Positions 38,172-54,018 of a stretch of DNA of 64,000 nt are shown here, one piece after another; the stretch's first letter is position 1, and each line of letters starts with the position of its first letter. The position numbers and the translations under genes are program-made. The DNA is from the human T2T-CHM13v2.0 reference genome, Homo sapiens, in assembly GCF_009914755.1 (NCBI RefSeq), contig NC_060932.1. The stretch is one strand, 5' to 3'. The notes below the pieces were generated by a model that was not told the origin of the DNA, ran no database searches, and saw only the letters and a list, made by a program, of their open reading frames with translations.

Positions 38172-39949
38172 TTGAGCCCTTGGTGGGCACACTGATGCTG
38201 TCAGCCATTGTCACCCCCAAACATTTTTTGAGGCTTCTCTGTGAATGTGGGAGTAAGATATGGGGGAAGGGCTTCCAGCCTGGACCCTCGGGAATGGGGT
38301 GGGGCCCGGGGACGCCTGGAGGCCTCTGCCAGCACCAGCACCCTGTGGGGTACAGCTGCCCGCTTAGTTCTCTGCTCAGGACTCTGACCCAGGGCCTCAG
38401 GTGTGGCCGCACAGGTCAGGTTGAGAGGTTCTGGCTTCCCCTCGTGCCCAGCATGGCGGGTCCCAATCCTCCTCCGACCACCTTCTAGATGGATCCCACG
38501 TGGCCCCAAGTCTCCTGATGGGCCCCTGTGCATTCAAGATGAAATGACCAGCCTCGGATGGAGGTTGCTGGTGTGTGCCCTCCCTGGATGTCAGTGACTC
38601 AGTCACGGGCTTTGGACCTTGTGTATTTTTAAAACTTCCACACCCCTCAGCGCGCTGACCCAAGTGGACTTACCCAAGCAGCCTGGGCACTGCCTTCCTG
38701 GCCACAGGCTGAGCCTCGTGGTTGGAAGTGACTTATGGGCTCAATCGCCAAAGTGCCTGCGTGTCTACCTGCCCAGTCTTACCTCCTCGGTTTTCTCATC
38801 TGCAACAGAGAAACACGATGCTCACTGGCGTGCAGGTTACTGTGAGGCTTAAAGTGAGATCACATGACTGTCGAGGTGGCCTCTCATGGGTGTAGCTCGA
38901 GCTACTGCCCAGGGAGGAGATTCCAGGACTTCTCTGCTCTTTCTCCCAAGGCAGCTCCCTGGCGAAGGTTGCTCCTCACTGCTCAGGCATCCCCTCCGAG
39001 GCTGAGCCACAGCCTGTTGAGTGGCCCTGGGTGGTGCCCTCCCCACCTGCTCTAAACCATGCCTCACCCGTCTTTTCAACAGGGGATGCCTGGCCCTGAT
39101 GGAGGCCAGGACTTCCTGACTGGCATGTGGGACAGGAGCCCACAGCACACCCAGGCACCTGGCCCTGGTCTCACCACTTAGTCTCACTCCTTGGCCCTCA
39201 GGGTGGCTAATAGGGAGCTCCCTGGCTTTCCTCTTCCCCTCCTTTGGGCTCAGGTCCCCACTGGACCTGCTACTCATGCATCTGCTATATGCCAGTGCTT
39301 TCTCCTTCGCTCAGTTTCTATTGGTTCTGGGGGTAGGGTGTGGAGGGGAGGAGGAGTCTGGGCTCCAGGTCTGATGAGGGAATGGAAGATGACAGCTAAT
39401 CTCACAGATGGAGAGACAGGGGGCACGGGCATATCCACTGCAAACTGCTGCTCATTTTCAATAGAAGTATCTGAACAAAATCATCCATCACCTCCAGAAA
39501 GATTGATTTCCTGCTGAAGACCACACTGTAGAGTCTCCATCCCTCCCAAGAACATGACTTAGGTCTATTCTTGTGAAATACTCATTCACTGTCCAGCATT
39601 GCTTTGCAAATCTTCACAGCGATGCTGGGTTGCACCATGTCCCATCTTCTGGATGGAGACATCCCAGCCTCACATGCTGAGCTCTGCACAACTCCAGAGA
39701 GCGCCATCCCCCATAGACTACAATGGGAAAGTCTCTCCCTTGGACTGGGCAAACTAGGGGGTCCCGGGTGAGGAGAGCAATGCCAGTGCTCTAGAAGGAA
39801 TTTGATGAAATTCAAAGAGGAAAGGAGGCACATGATGACATAGGTCGGATATGGGTGGTGTGGGGACTGTTGCCTGGCTGATGCCCGAGAGGCCCCTGGG
39901 TAGCATTGCCTTGGGGACTTTACCAAAGTCTTGGCCAGTGGTTCTCTGA

Positions 39950-40640
39950 CTGTCTTAGACTGTTTGTGTTGCTATGACAGAATACCACAGATTGGGTAAT
40001 TGTTTTTTTTTTTTTTTCTTTGAGATGGAGTCTCACTCTGTCACTCAGGCTGGAGTGCAGTGGTATGATCCTGGCTTACTGCTACCTCCACCTCCCGGTT
40101 CAAGCGATTCTCGTGCCTCAGCCTCCTGAGTACCTGGGATTATAGGTGCACACCACCATGCCCGGTTAATTTTTGTATTTTTAGTAGAGACAGGGTTTCA
40201 CCATGTTGGCCAGGCTGGTCCTGAATTCCTGACCTCAGGTGGTCTGCCCTCCTTGACCTCCCAAAGTGCTGGAATTACAGGCGTGAGCCACCACTCCTGG
40301 CCAGATTGGGTAATTTATAAAGAATGCAAATTTATTCTTTCACAGTTCTGGAGGCTAGGAAGTCCAAGATCAAGGTGCCAGCAGGTTTGGTCTCTGGTTC
40401 CAAAATGGTGCCATATTTCTATGTCTTGTGGGGAAGAGGAATGTTGTGTCTTCAAGTTCTTCAGAGGAACAGAAGAGAGTGAACCCACTCCAGCAAGCCC
40501 TTTGTATAGTGGTGTTAATCTATTCATGAGGACAGAGCTTTCATCACCCAAACGCTTCCCAAAGGCCTCACCCCTCGACGCTGTTGCATTGGGGATTAAG
40601 TTTCCAATGCGTAACTTTTGGAGGAGACACATTCAAACTG
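39950..40640 (-). mobile_element. MLT1A/MST-type LTR with nested minus-strand AluS (about 40003-40302)
   Basis: Alu TSD cagattgggtaatt; LTR motifs cacagttctggaggctaggaagtccaagatcaagg. Confidence 0.75.
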
Positions 40641-40687
40641 TGGTCCTGACTTCGATGTGCAGCCTAGGGAGCTTGTTCAGTGCAGAT

Positions 40688-40873
40688 AAGGGTTGCCAGA
40701 TTCAGCAAATAAAAATACAGGATGCCTTGTCAAATTTGAATTTGAGATAAACAAATATTTTTAGTATAAATATACTCCATACTGTTTTTAGGACATATTC
40801 ATCCTAAAATAATTTGCTGTTTATTTGAAATTCAAACATAACTCATGTCCTATATTTTATCTGTCAACTCTAG
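40688..40873 (+). mobile_element. MER53 palindromic MITE
   Basis: agggttgccagattcagcaaataaaaatacaggatg ... tcctatattttatctgtcaactcta (long imperfect inverted repeat). Confidence 0.75.
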
Positions 40874-41724
40874 TACGTGTTTACAGGCTTAGTCCTTCAG
40901 ATCCTGATCCAGTGGGATGGGGCGGGCCGGGGGTGGGGGAGAGGTCTGAGCATTTGTAACAGCACAGCTTCTTCCAGATGAATCCAATGCAGATCATCTC
41001 TGGACATCTTTGAGAAGCATCAGTTAGGCCTCCTGTAGAGAGCTTTGCTGGGATCCCTGGGGTCTAACTCACACTTGGGAAATCTGGAGGTGAGAGAATG
41101 GTTCTGGGAGGGATGCTGCTGGGTAGGGACTGTCCTGAACCCACAGTTTTTCCTTGGAATCAGTGTGTGCTGCACAGAGAGAGAAATGCCTGAATTTCCC
41201 ATGAGGCTTCCTGGAGGGGGCAAGGAAATCTGTTAGAAAGAGTCTGGGGTGTATCACCAGGTGCACACGGGATGACAAAGAGCAGAAAGCAGCACGCTAC
41301 AGAGAGAGCCCCACCCTGGCCTGGGGACCTCAGGAGAAAGCCACCCAGCAGGGAACCATGGAAGAGCCCGTGAAGATACCACCGAAGAGCCAGTCTTCAA
41401 TGTCTGCCAGGCCCAAGGAACAGTGAGCTGATGTGTGGGCTCACCTGGACCTGTGCCTTCCCCTAAACTTTCACCTGCTGGGGGCAGGTGAGCAGAGTGG
41501 GAGGTGAGAAAGGAACCTTGTTCCTAACTGGGCCCAGGTCTGGAGGAGGCTGAGCACTGAGTCAGATTCTGTGTCGAGAATGTGACAAGGACGAGGGTAT
41601 TCTAGTACATAAATCACCCTGAATTTGGACCCAGGTGACCGCAGGACTATTACCTAAGAATAATCAGAAAAGCTCCAAGTCTAAGTTTTATCTGGACAGA
41701 ACATATCATGCCCTCTGAATGGCT

Positions 41725-42178
<454 letters not shown>

Positions 42179-43399
42179 TGATTCCTCCATGTACAGCAGT
42201 TTGCTGAACAGCATGTGTGGAAACCTACAAAATCACACAAGCATGGGCAAGTCCCCTGACACAGGCAGGCAGATGTCTGGAACAATGGCCACACTCTACC
42301 TCCTCCCCCTCCCCAGCTCTCATGTCGGTCTTGGCCGATGGGTCACAACTGAGCCAAAAACTGGCCTTGGAATCTCTTCCAATGTAGCAGTTTGGGCATC
42401 TATCACCTGGTGAGCAGATGAAACCCGCTGCCATTGTTGGACTAGGACCTTACAGACATATAAGGACCTCACAGGGATGAGGGATCTCCAGCAGAGATGA
42501 AGGTCAGAGGCTTTGGGAGGATGCTTCTTGTGTCCTCTCTGATATTTACACGGGCACTTGGTGTTCCTAGAAGCTGTTCTTCTATTTAGATTGCGTGCAT
42601 TGTTTAGGAGGTGGTCTGACTGTTGCTTTAGAGAGTGGGTTCTGGAATCAGTCGTACCTTGCTTCTAATCCTGCTTCTGCCATCTCCACAAGGGGCTGTG
42701 GACAGGTTATCTAGCCTCGCAGAGCTTCACTTTCCTTATCACTACATGGGGGATAAGAATAGGCTGACCTCCGCAGTCACAGTGACGACAGCATAGTAAG
42801 GCGTCCATAACTAGTTTGCTGTGATGATGGCGTTGATGTTCTGCAGCCCAGGTTACAACTTTAACCACCAAGTTGGCATTTTCAGCCAGTGATAGATCAC
42901 AGCCATAGACTTGGCTCAGGCACATGAGATCTCAGAGGCCATTCCCATCTAACCCTGTCTGATTCCAAGTGAGTCAATGGGGTGTCGGAGGGGCCGGGTG
43001 TTGATTGGTTCTGATGCTTTCCTGAGTGCTGATGGGTTTGCATTTCAGAACAATCCCAAGAACCAGACGAAGTCAGCCCCTGCCTCATTTCATGGAGAAG
43101 GATACAGCCAGCACCACAGGTCACTGAGCGTCACACCTGGATTCCAGTGCAGGTTGCCAGTCTCAGAGGCCATGCTGCCGTCGCGTGTGCTTTTATACAC
43201 AATCCTGTTGAATGCTCACATGATTTTCCTTAATCCTCTCAAAAAACCCACGAGGGGGAAGGAGACTCAGACTTTAAATGACTTGGTCAAGAGAATGCAA
43301 CTCATCAGGGTGAAGCCAGGACCACAACACCTCAGGGTCAACCCCTAGCTTGAGTGGGAGGTAAGGCCTTCTCTTCTCAGGGCCAGCCATGCATGCATG

Positions 43400-43780
43400 C
43401 ATTCATTCATTCCGACTATTTATAAGTGCCTAATATGTTCCAAGCATCATTCTGAAAACTGGAGATAAGGGAGTACATATAAAGGAAAAAGCTCTCACCC
43501 TCATCCAGGTTATAGTCTAGTGAGACAGACAGAAAGTAAATACTGAAGGCATAGATGATGTCAGAGGGTGATAACTGCTAGGGAAAAAAATGAAGCAGAG
43601 AAGGGCATGGGGAGGGCAGGCTGGGAGGCGCGCGTGCTGTTTTCTGCAGGATGATCGGGCAGGTCTCACTGACAGGGCGACTGGGAAGACACCTGAAGGA
43701 AGGCGGGAGTGAGCCTTGGAGATAACTGGGGGGACTTCTGGATAACTTGTGAGCCTTGTAGATAGCTGCTGTTCCAGGCA
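43400..43780 (-). mobile_element. L2 3' fragment
   Basis: cattcattcattc...tatttataagtgcctaatatgttccaagcat. Confidence 0.6.
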
Positions 43781-45109
43781 GCAGGCACTTTATTCATTTC
43801 TTCTTTGAATGACAAAGACTGTGGTTGTAAATGAGAAGAGATGGGGAGGAGGCTGTAGGTAAGTCACTGACAGGGAGGGGATTGGGGAGCTGTTTATTTT
43901 GAAGGATTTAAGGTGGCATGACTAAAGCACCTTCAAAGGCTGATGAGAAGGATGTGGAAGAGTAGGAGAAGGGGACGATGAGGGAGGGTGCACATAACCA
44001 ATGGTATCAGATCCCTGAGGCTGTGGGAGGAGCAGAGGGGAGGGATTATCTGTAATCAGAGGCACCTCTCCTTGGAGCGTTCTTGGCCCATTTTCCGTTT
44101 TCCACAGCAACTCCCTCTCCTGGGTTTCCTCCAGCTCTTCTGGCAATTGCCAGCTTCCTTTTCCAGCTCTGCCTCCTCTGTGTGGATGCTGAGGGTCCTT
44201 CAGGGTCCAGCCTGGGCTCTCTGTGCTCCTCTGTGCAGATGCTCTCCCTGGGCGACCTCACCCATCTCCGGACTTCAATAGGTTGACGACTCCCCAGCTT
44301 ATCCTTCCACCCTAGACTTTCAGATTGGGCTTGTGGCTGCCTGGTCATCCTGCCGAGCCCATCAACCATGGTGCCTCTCCGCTCCGCCTTGTTGCCTGTG
44401 TTTCTCTCCAGGTCCACCATGTCTTTCCTACTTTAGGCCCCTGTCATGTCCCATCTGTATGACTGGAGCCACTTCCTATGTGATACTCTCTTCTAGTTTC
44501 ATCCACTCCAAAGTATTTTTTTTTTTGACAGGATTTTGTTCTGTTGGCCAGGCTGGAGCAGTGGAGCAATGACAGCTCACTGCTGCTTCGACCTCCTGGG
44601 CTCAAGCATCCTCTTGCCTCGGCCTCCGGAGTAGCTGGAACCACACGCACGCACCACCATGCCTGGCTATTTTTTATTTTTATTTTTTTTAGTAGAGATC
44701 GGTCATCTTTTAATGCAAATGTTACCACATGACCCTCTTTAATTCTATCGCTTCCTCCCCAGCTGACCTCATGGGTAAGATCCAAATGTCTTAACAAGGC
44801 GTTTCAGGCTTTCTGTAACGTGGTTCCAGAGAACATAAAAAATCACCCAAAGACCTAGAGCTATTTAACACCAAGGCAGACAAGGAGTAAAAGCATAGCG
44901 TCAAAGGTGGGAGGGGAGCAGGCCGACAGCCGCTCACCCAGCCTGGCCCTTCCAGGGTGCCCCGTTAGCGCCTGCTGCAGAGGGGACGCGAGACAGGGAA
45001 GGACTGGACATGCGGACTCTGCTCACCCAGGCTGACCTGCATCCCCTGCCCCTCCCTGAGCCCAGGGCTCAATGTGAAGTCACTAGTCCCACTCTGCCCT
45101 GCATTGTGA

Positions 45110-45277
<168 letters not shown>

Positions 45278-46841
45278 TAGGAGCAGAGGTTGGGGGAAGG
45301 GATGCCACCTCTTACCTGGCTCCTGGAGAGTTGACTTAGAGGCCCCAGGGATGCTGAGTTAGGGCCAGTGACTCAGGAAATGAAGAGATTATAGTTGACC
45401 AATCCAAGTCCATGTATTGGTTCTGCAAAGATGCTGTCTAAAATGATTCCCCAGGGTCTGGACCCAGAGTTCTGGAAGCTCAGGGGAATTGGAGGAATGA
45501 TTTAGCAACTGACTTTGCTTCTCATCTCCACCTTCCTCTTTGTAAAATCATTAACAATCTTTCCAGGCCCAACACCCTGGGGGAGGCAGCAAAGTAGTGG
45601 TGGAGTAAGACCTTATTTAATTTAGAATGCCGGTATTAGATTATATAATCTCATAACATGGAGAACATGATAGGGCTATTATGTGGAGTAAATGAGTTAA
45701 TGCAGAATTTGTTCTGCAAAGCCTCAGTCCTGGGAAAAGCTCCGGAGGGAAAAGTTCTATGTTAGACATGATTTGGAAATGTTCCATTTGATAATTTTTC
45801 TGTAGTATCACTGTGGATAACCATATATAAAAGGCTCTGATATATTTTACAGTAAAGAAAGTGGCCTAAGTTTAATTTTATTGAATCTCGCATTTTTGAG
45901 ATGTATCCATCCATAAGATCACTCTTGCCCCAACTCCCAGCCTGATTCAGAACATTTTATATTTATTCTTCTGAGAATTACCTGTTCCTAGAGTTTTCCC
46001 ATTTTTCTTATCTGGGTGAGCTTTTAAAGTTGATTTGTAGGACCGTTTTGAATTTTAATGACATCAGAGCTTTGTCTCTTATAATTGCTGCAAAATCTTC
46101 CTAATTCTTCAGTTCTCTTGCAATTTTATTTTGGACGAAACAAATTTAAAACGTGTGTAAAAAACTTGTCGGTATTTTCACTTATGATTCTTGGCTTTTA
46201 TTTCATGTTTTTGGAAGGGCTTTTTCATCCCAAGAATATAAATCCAGCATATTGGACAGCATAGAGTGAGCTCTGAAGTAAGATTGTGTTCTAATTATAT
46301 TTCCTCCATGTACCTGCTATGTGACCTTAGGATGAGTTACTTAACGTTTCTGCATTTCAGTTTCCTCATCTGCAAAATGGCTGTATTAAGGTTGTTGTGA
46401 AAATGAGTTTTGCACAAAGCTCTGAGAACTGTGCTTGAAACTTTGTACATACTCAAAATTCGTTAGCTTTTATTATTCTAGAGCTTTCGTGACTTCACTT
46501 CTTAAATTAATTTTTCTGCATTCTGGATTAGTAAAGATATTTTCCTATGTTATTCTCTAGACGTTTCATACTTTCATCTTTTACATTTAGATTTTGAATC
46601 CATTTGGTATCAATTTTCATATACAATAAAAGGATCAGGATGAATTTTTTTCCACCTGGATATCCTACTGACCCAGCTCATCTGGGAACATTTGTTTCCC
46701 AGCTGCCACTTTTGTCAAAAATCAGGTCTAATTATATCTATCAGGCTGTTTGTAGACGCTGCTTATTTCATTGGCATATTTATTGATCTCTGTGTCGCAC
46801 CACACAGTCTGAATTCACACAGTTTTATAAAAGTCATTAAC

Positions 46842-47183
<342 letters not shown>

Positions 47184-47639
47184 TCACCTGTGCCCCCCTC
47201 TGCCCATCACATCCAAGGTGCTCAAGCTGTTATGTGCCATGTCGGTGAAGCTTCTGGGCCGTGTGTTGTTATTGCCTGGTATATTGCAGCAGCTCTTGAG
47301 GAGATGAAATATTATTCCATGTGTACACTTGTAGCCCAGTTTACTTGTGAAGTGCCCATACTCCTAGGGTGCAGACCATGAAGCTCCTAAACAAAGCCAC
47401 AGGAACTTAGGCCCCTCCCCATCGACTGGTCCTAGAGTTACAAACTGCCAAGTTGCCCCCAGGGCATTCCTATTGCCTGGCTCACCTCTTTGGATTTCCT
47501 TCTTTTGCTATAAACTGGCCCAGTAACTCTTCATTAACTTAACTCTCTAGTGCTTTCGAGCAAGGGATGTTACATATTTTACACTTTGTAGTTATTCTCA
47601 GCAACAAGGTTGTCCAAATTTCATATTCCATCTATTTTG

Positions 47640-47956
47640 GTTTTAATTTTTCTTTTCTTTTTCTTTTTTTTTTTTTGAGATGGAGTCTCGCTCTGTCTCC
47701 CAGGCTGCAGTGCCGTGGCATGATCTTGGCTCACTGCAACCTCCGCCTCCTGGTTCAAGCGATTCTCCTGCCTCAACCTCCTGAGTATCTGGGATTACAG
47801 GAGCCTGCCACCATGCCCAGCTAATTTTCCTATTTTCAGTAGAGTTGGGGTTTCACCATGTTGGCCAGGCTGGTCTCGAATTCCTGACCTCAAGTGATCT
47901 GCCCACTTCCGCCTCCCAAAGTCCTGGGAATACAGGGTTGAGCCACTGTGCCCGGT
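47640..47956 (-). mobile_element. AluS
   Basis: poly-T...gagatggagtctcgctctg...gagccactgtgcccgg. Confidence 0.9.
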
Positions 47957-49037
47957 CTAATTTTTCAATTCTGTTATTACCCCTTATTTTTTCTCTGTTC
48001 CTGCCAGCTCCTTTTTATTTTATTCTTTCCGCTTATGAGCTCCTGTTTTATAGTGTTTCATCTTTTCTTCAACATCCTTGCATAAAACAGCTCTAAGCTA
48101 TTTTTTCCCCTGATACTAGCCAAACAAATGTATTATTCATGTGTATGTTGTACATTTTGTTTCTTTTTTTGTAATAGTTTTGCAAGATTTTCCTATTTTT
48201 CAGCTTGTTTGTTTTTAACTCGGGGCCAGTTCTAGGAGATCTGCCTTTTGGTCCACATGATCTAGATAGAAACCCACTGCTGTCTTTCCCTTCTGACATG
48301 AGCCTAGTCATGATCTTCTCTCTGTACCTGGAGGGCTGTATGCTGGCAATTTATCATCCTGTTCAGCCTGCCTGGGGACAGTGGCGAGGGAGTTGGGGTC
48401 AGGATCAGTCACAGTCCAGGAATACATTATTGGAATACTTTCTCTCAAAAGGGGGCCAGGAAAGGAGTGAAGTTCTATCAGCTTGGATGGAATCTTTTCA
48501 TGTGTAGGGGTATCCTTGGATTTTAGGAGGTTCTTCCCTCCTTGTGATGATTTTCTTGAAACTCAAAGCCTTTTTAATTTCCTGAGCCAGATACATATTT
48601 TTCTCTGCAAACATGGCTCTAGTACCGCCTGGGAAACTTAGTTGCCTCCTCATGATGCCCCCAGCCTTGTAGAAGCCGTGTCAAGGTTGGGAGGGGAGGC
48701 ATCATACAGGCAGAGTGTTCACTCCAGCCTGTCCCAACAGAGGTCAAGTGGCTTCCAAGGAGAGCTCCCTGTCCTTTCACTGTCTGCCTAGCCACAGGCT
48801 TTTGTCCTCTGAGCTGTAGGTAGTGGTGGGACTCTGTGGACTTTTCTTCATGTTGTTCCCAGGCCTCTGCATTTCAAGGAACTCTAGAATAGCAATGCTA
48901 CATGTCTATGTGTATTTTCTGGGTCTCCTTTCATCCTGGTAAAATTATAATGAAAACATACAAAGTTTGCAGCAAGAGTTTGGTTCTTCTAATTTCAACA
49001 CAGATACTTTTTTTTTTCTTTCATAAAAATGCATTTT

Positions 49038-49367
<330 letters not shown>

Positions 49368-49928
49368 CTAGGATAGATGTATATGTATATTGTGTGCATG
49401 ATGTATTTATAAGCCATCTTTCCTCAAATGTCACTGTAAAGTTATTTTACAATTCAAAGAAAAGATTATATATTAAAACTCAAACTACAGACCCGATTTT
49501 ATTTTAAAACAACTGAGGCATATTGAAAATATCTAAATATATTAATAAAGGGTCCAAATCATCAAAAAGAATGGTGGTGGAACTATGGCCAAATATGGCC
49601 AATATCTTTTCATAAGGGCCATAGTGTAGAGAATGTATGTCAGGGCCTGGAAACTATTTTCCTGGTTCATCCATGGAAAATGTCCAGATGGTGGAAATCC
49701 TTGGTGGAAAAATCTCCAAGGTTTTGCTATGCATAAGGCAAAAAAGTGATGATTTCCCATGGGGGCTAGCGAAAATAAAGCATATAAAATGTAAGTTAGA
49801 ATGGGGAGCTTGCTTCTTTCAGCTGTGTCCAGAGAGGCAACCCTAAAACGTGAGTCTAGCGTTACAGTGGCCAGAAGGAGCAACGGCACGTGAGTAGGCA
49901 GAACTGTGCACTAAAGGCAGTATAGTGT

Positions 49929-50341
49929 TGTATTAGTCCATTCTCACATTGCTATGAAGAAGTCCCTGAGGCTGGACTGAGACTGGGTGATTTATAGGAA
50001 AGGAGGTTTCATGATTCAGTACACTGCACAGGAAGCAACGTGGCATCTGTTTCTGGGGAGGCCTCAAGAAGCTTCCAATTATGGCAGAAAGCAAAAGGGA
50101 AACAGGCACTTCACATGGCCAGAGCAGGAGCAAGAGGGAGAGAAGGGGAAGGTGCTACACACTTTTAAACAACAAGATCTCGCGAGAACTCACTATCGCG
50201 AGAACACAACCAAGGGGATGATGGTAAACCACTCGCGAGAAATCCACCCCATGATCAAATCCGCTCCCTTCAGGCCCCACCTCCAACTCTGGTACTACAG
50301 TTCAACACGAGATTTGAGTGGGGACACAGATCCAAACTACA
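49929..50341 (-). mobile_element. MST-type MaLR solo LTR
   Basis: TSD AGTGT on both sides; tgtattagtccattctcacattgctat. Confidence 0.85.
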
Positions 50342-51264
50342 AGTGTCGTGCTCAATTCCAGTGACTCTAGAACCAGACTGCCTGGCTTCTGTTCTGGGTT
50401 CCAGCACTTACTAACAGTATGCTCCCGAGGAAATTGCCTGCCTCTCTGGGCCTCCGTTACTTCTGTGAAATAGATTTAATAATAGAATCCATCTTATAAG
50501 TGAAGATTAAAGGAGTTAATATGTATAAGATCAAGAACATAGCACAGTGCCTGGTCTACAATAGGTATTAGCTGTTACTATTGTAATGTCCTGCCCTGTA
50601 GGATCCTTGAGGAAGGGGCTGGGCCTCATTGACAGATGGTCTTTGTGGAAGGAATAGCATTGAACTAGGATTGAGAAGACCTGGGTTTGAAGCTCACATT
50701 TGCCACTAAGATAATATACAACCTTATGCCTGGTTGATTTTCAGTAAATATTTCTGAGATGAATAGATGAGTGAGTGAATAATGAATAATTAATAGCTCT
50801 TTGTTGCTACCCAGATTCAACCAGTTCCTGAGAGAGAATCAAGGTTTCCAAGGTTTTGTGCCAGCAGAACTAAGACTTTCTGATTCAATCCTCTAAACGA
50901 GTTGTTCTGAGCACAGTTTGAAGATCTAAAAAGCTTAAAATTGGGATAAATAGAAAGTGAAAATTATGGGTGGTAAACCTCTGTGAGTAATGACTCCAAA
51001 AGGCTGCATAAGCTGAAATTATAAAGTGCTCAAAACATTCAGGAAATGTATAGCTTTTTTGTTCACTCATTTATTCAATAAACATTTACTGAAACTTAAC
51101 ATATTCAAAGACTGTTAAATGTTAGCAACACAAAGAGGGCACAGTGTGATTTACAGCCTCAAGACATTTATAGTCTAGTCACGGAGACAGACATGTCAAC
51201 AGATAATTAATACAACATGGTGCGTGCCCTGTTGACATGTTTTCGAGATGCTTTGGGGTCTCAG

Positions 51265-51875
51265 AGGGGCTGAATGTTGAGTTGACCACAAGTGGCCAAT
51301 GATTTAATCAATCATGACTATGTCAAAAAGTCTCCACAAAACCCCCAAAGGCAAGAATTTGGAGCCATTCCAGGTTGTTGAACACGGGGAAGGTGGTGTG
51401 CCCAGAGAGGGCATGGAAGCACCACGTCCCTTCCCCCATACCTTGCCCTGGGCATGTCTTCGTTTGGCTGTTCATCTGCACTATTTAAAATATCCTTTGT
51501 AATAAATGAGCAACAGTAAGTAAATGGTTTTTCCTGTGTTCTGTGAGCTGCTCTAGTGAATCATGAAACCTGAGGATGGGGTTGTGGGAATCCCCAGTTT
51601 GTAGTCAAGTCAGAAGTTGTGACCTGGGAACCTACTATTTGTGATTGTCATCTGAAGTGGGGGGTTTGAAGCGTGAGACTGAGCCCGTACCTTGTGGGGT
51701 CTGCGCTAACTCTGGTTTCTATCAGATTGAGTTGAATTGTAGGAGGCCCAGCTGGGGCCCCATGGAAAATTGCTTAGTGTGGGGAAAACACCCAACCATC
51801 TGGCATCAGAAACGAACTATTGAGAGTGGGGGCGTATAGAGTAGGAGGAAACAGTTTGTTTTTTCCTACCCTCTG
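51265..51875 (+). mobile_element. MER21-type LTR
   Basis: ggccaatgatttaatcaatcatg...aaatatcctttgtaataaa...gggttgtgggaatcccc. Confidence 0.65.
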
Positions 51876-53707
51876 AGCAATGTGACTTTGTCTTGTTTGT
51901 GGATGTGGGAAGGGACTGTGGAAGGGTTTAAGGAGAAAATCAGCAAGATCACTCCCACATGCTAGCCAGGGAACTGAGTTGGCCGTGTAGGAGGTGGGAG
52001 GAGGGGGTCGAGGGATCAGGGCTAACATGAGGGTGAGGAGACTGCCCCACAGTCCCAAGGAGAGATGCTGAGGGGGCTGACGGAGGGAGGGGCACAGGAA
52101 GAGGAAGGACAGGGCCCTCCTCTGCGTGTTGGAATGTGGGGGATTATTGGAGATGCAGGGGCTTGAGGAAGAAGTGGCAGCTTCAATGGGGAAGAGAACA
52201 GCTCCAGGCCACATAGGCCAAAGCAATCTCTGATTCACGTGGGGTCAACCTGGGGAAACAGGAGGACTGACAACAACCAACTCAGAGTAAATTGCAATAT
52301 CCTCACAGGGTGGCAAGAGTAAAAAAAGACAGTGCCAGTTTCTGCAAAGTGACATCTTCTAACATAAATATTACTAATTTATTGCCATAAACTTGGTGTC
52401 CTGGGCAGTCTGTGTTTACTGAATTTTAAGCATTGTCAGCATTAAACATAAAGTGAATGTTTACTCTCTGTTTAAATGCTGCTAGCCGTTGGGTTTTCCT
52501 TAGTGCTGCGACCAAGACTGTTAAAAATTCTACCGCTGCAACCACGCGTTCTTAAACTTGGTGGCTGTGAGTTCTGAGAATTGAACAAACTCTTTGATGA
52601 AGAATTTGGGCACTGAATTCAGATTTGGTTTAAATCTTCAATATAAAAACAAACATTTGTCTATTTTTGTATTGGTGGAGCATGATTACCACTCAGTTTC
52701 AGTGTAACAACCAAAACTGAAACCAACCAGGCATCTGTAACAGCAGCTATTGCTACACATTCATGCTAAGCTGGGTTTGGAGCTCACCGTGGGCTTGCAT
52801 CCTCCGTATATATGTGTTCACTTGGGAATATGAGAAACTCTACAGAGATGGGGAGGGAGCAATGCAGAGAGAATGGGGAGAAAATGAGGAGATCAAGAGT
52901 GGAACTGTGAGAAGTATGGAAGACCTTTCCTACTCTGATTTAAATTTCAAGTCTGGAATTGCAAAACGTGAAATAAAAATCTGGGGCAAGAGATGGGATG
53001 AGAAATATCCACCCTGAATTAACAAGAGATGAGCCCTAAATAAATTCTCCCAATGATGTTAAAGCATTCTAATGCTGCAGAGTGACATCTTCTAGCATAA
53101 ATATCTACTAATTTATTGTCATAAACTTGGTGTCCTTGGCAACCTATGTTTATTGAATTTACATTCTAATGCTGTAACATCACTAATGCTGCTTCTCTTA
53201 AAGAGAAGATTATTAGAGCAAACGATGGCAATCATGACAGATGGACATGGACAGATTCATTCAAAAGAAGTTTCTTCAATAATTTCTTATAAAAGAGAAT
53301 GACTTTCTGAGCATTTAAACCATAAGAAGAAATGAAAAGGAAAAGATTTAATCAAGCAACAAATTTTAACTTCCAAACATCAAAACAGAAGAAATTGATA
53401 CATTGGGTGAGCCGAGTGTTATTCACTGAAAAACAGTTTTTTGTTTTTTTTTTTTTGTTTTTTTTTTCAGAAAAAGGACGTTCAAATTTCCTTAAAATTT
53501 AAATAACTTTTTTACAAAAACAATTGGTAAATATTATACTTAAAATGAACTTTCAACAAGTTCATAGGTAAAGTCCTAGGAGCACAGAGGTAGAGAAGTG
53601 ACCTTTCAGAGCAGATTCTTGCGGGGAAAAACCAGGTGGGACCGCAAATAAGTATCCTGAAGGAGCCAGGGCAAGATCACATCCCTCAACTTTAAATACA
53701 GTCAGGG

Positions 53708-54018
<311 letters not shown>

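Noticed and set aside
42897-43124. CGAGCILLH resembling the protease CGGSIL motif (possible extra PRSS pseudo-exon)
   Set aside because: No WQVS or TAAHC context and no fitting splice sites
49589-49598. Perfect CArG box CCAAATATGG (another at 7229-7238)
   Set aside because: Expected by chance in 64 kb; one lies within a MER4 LTR; no supporting context
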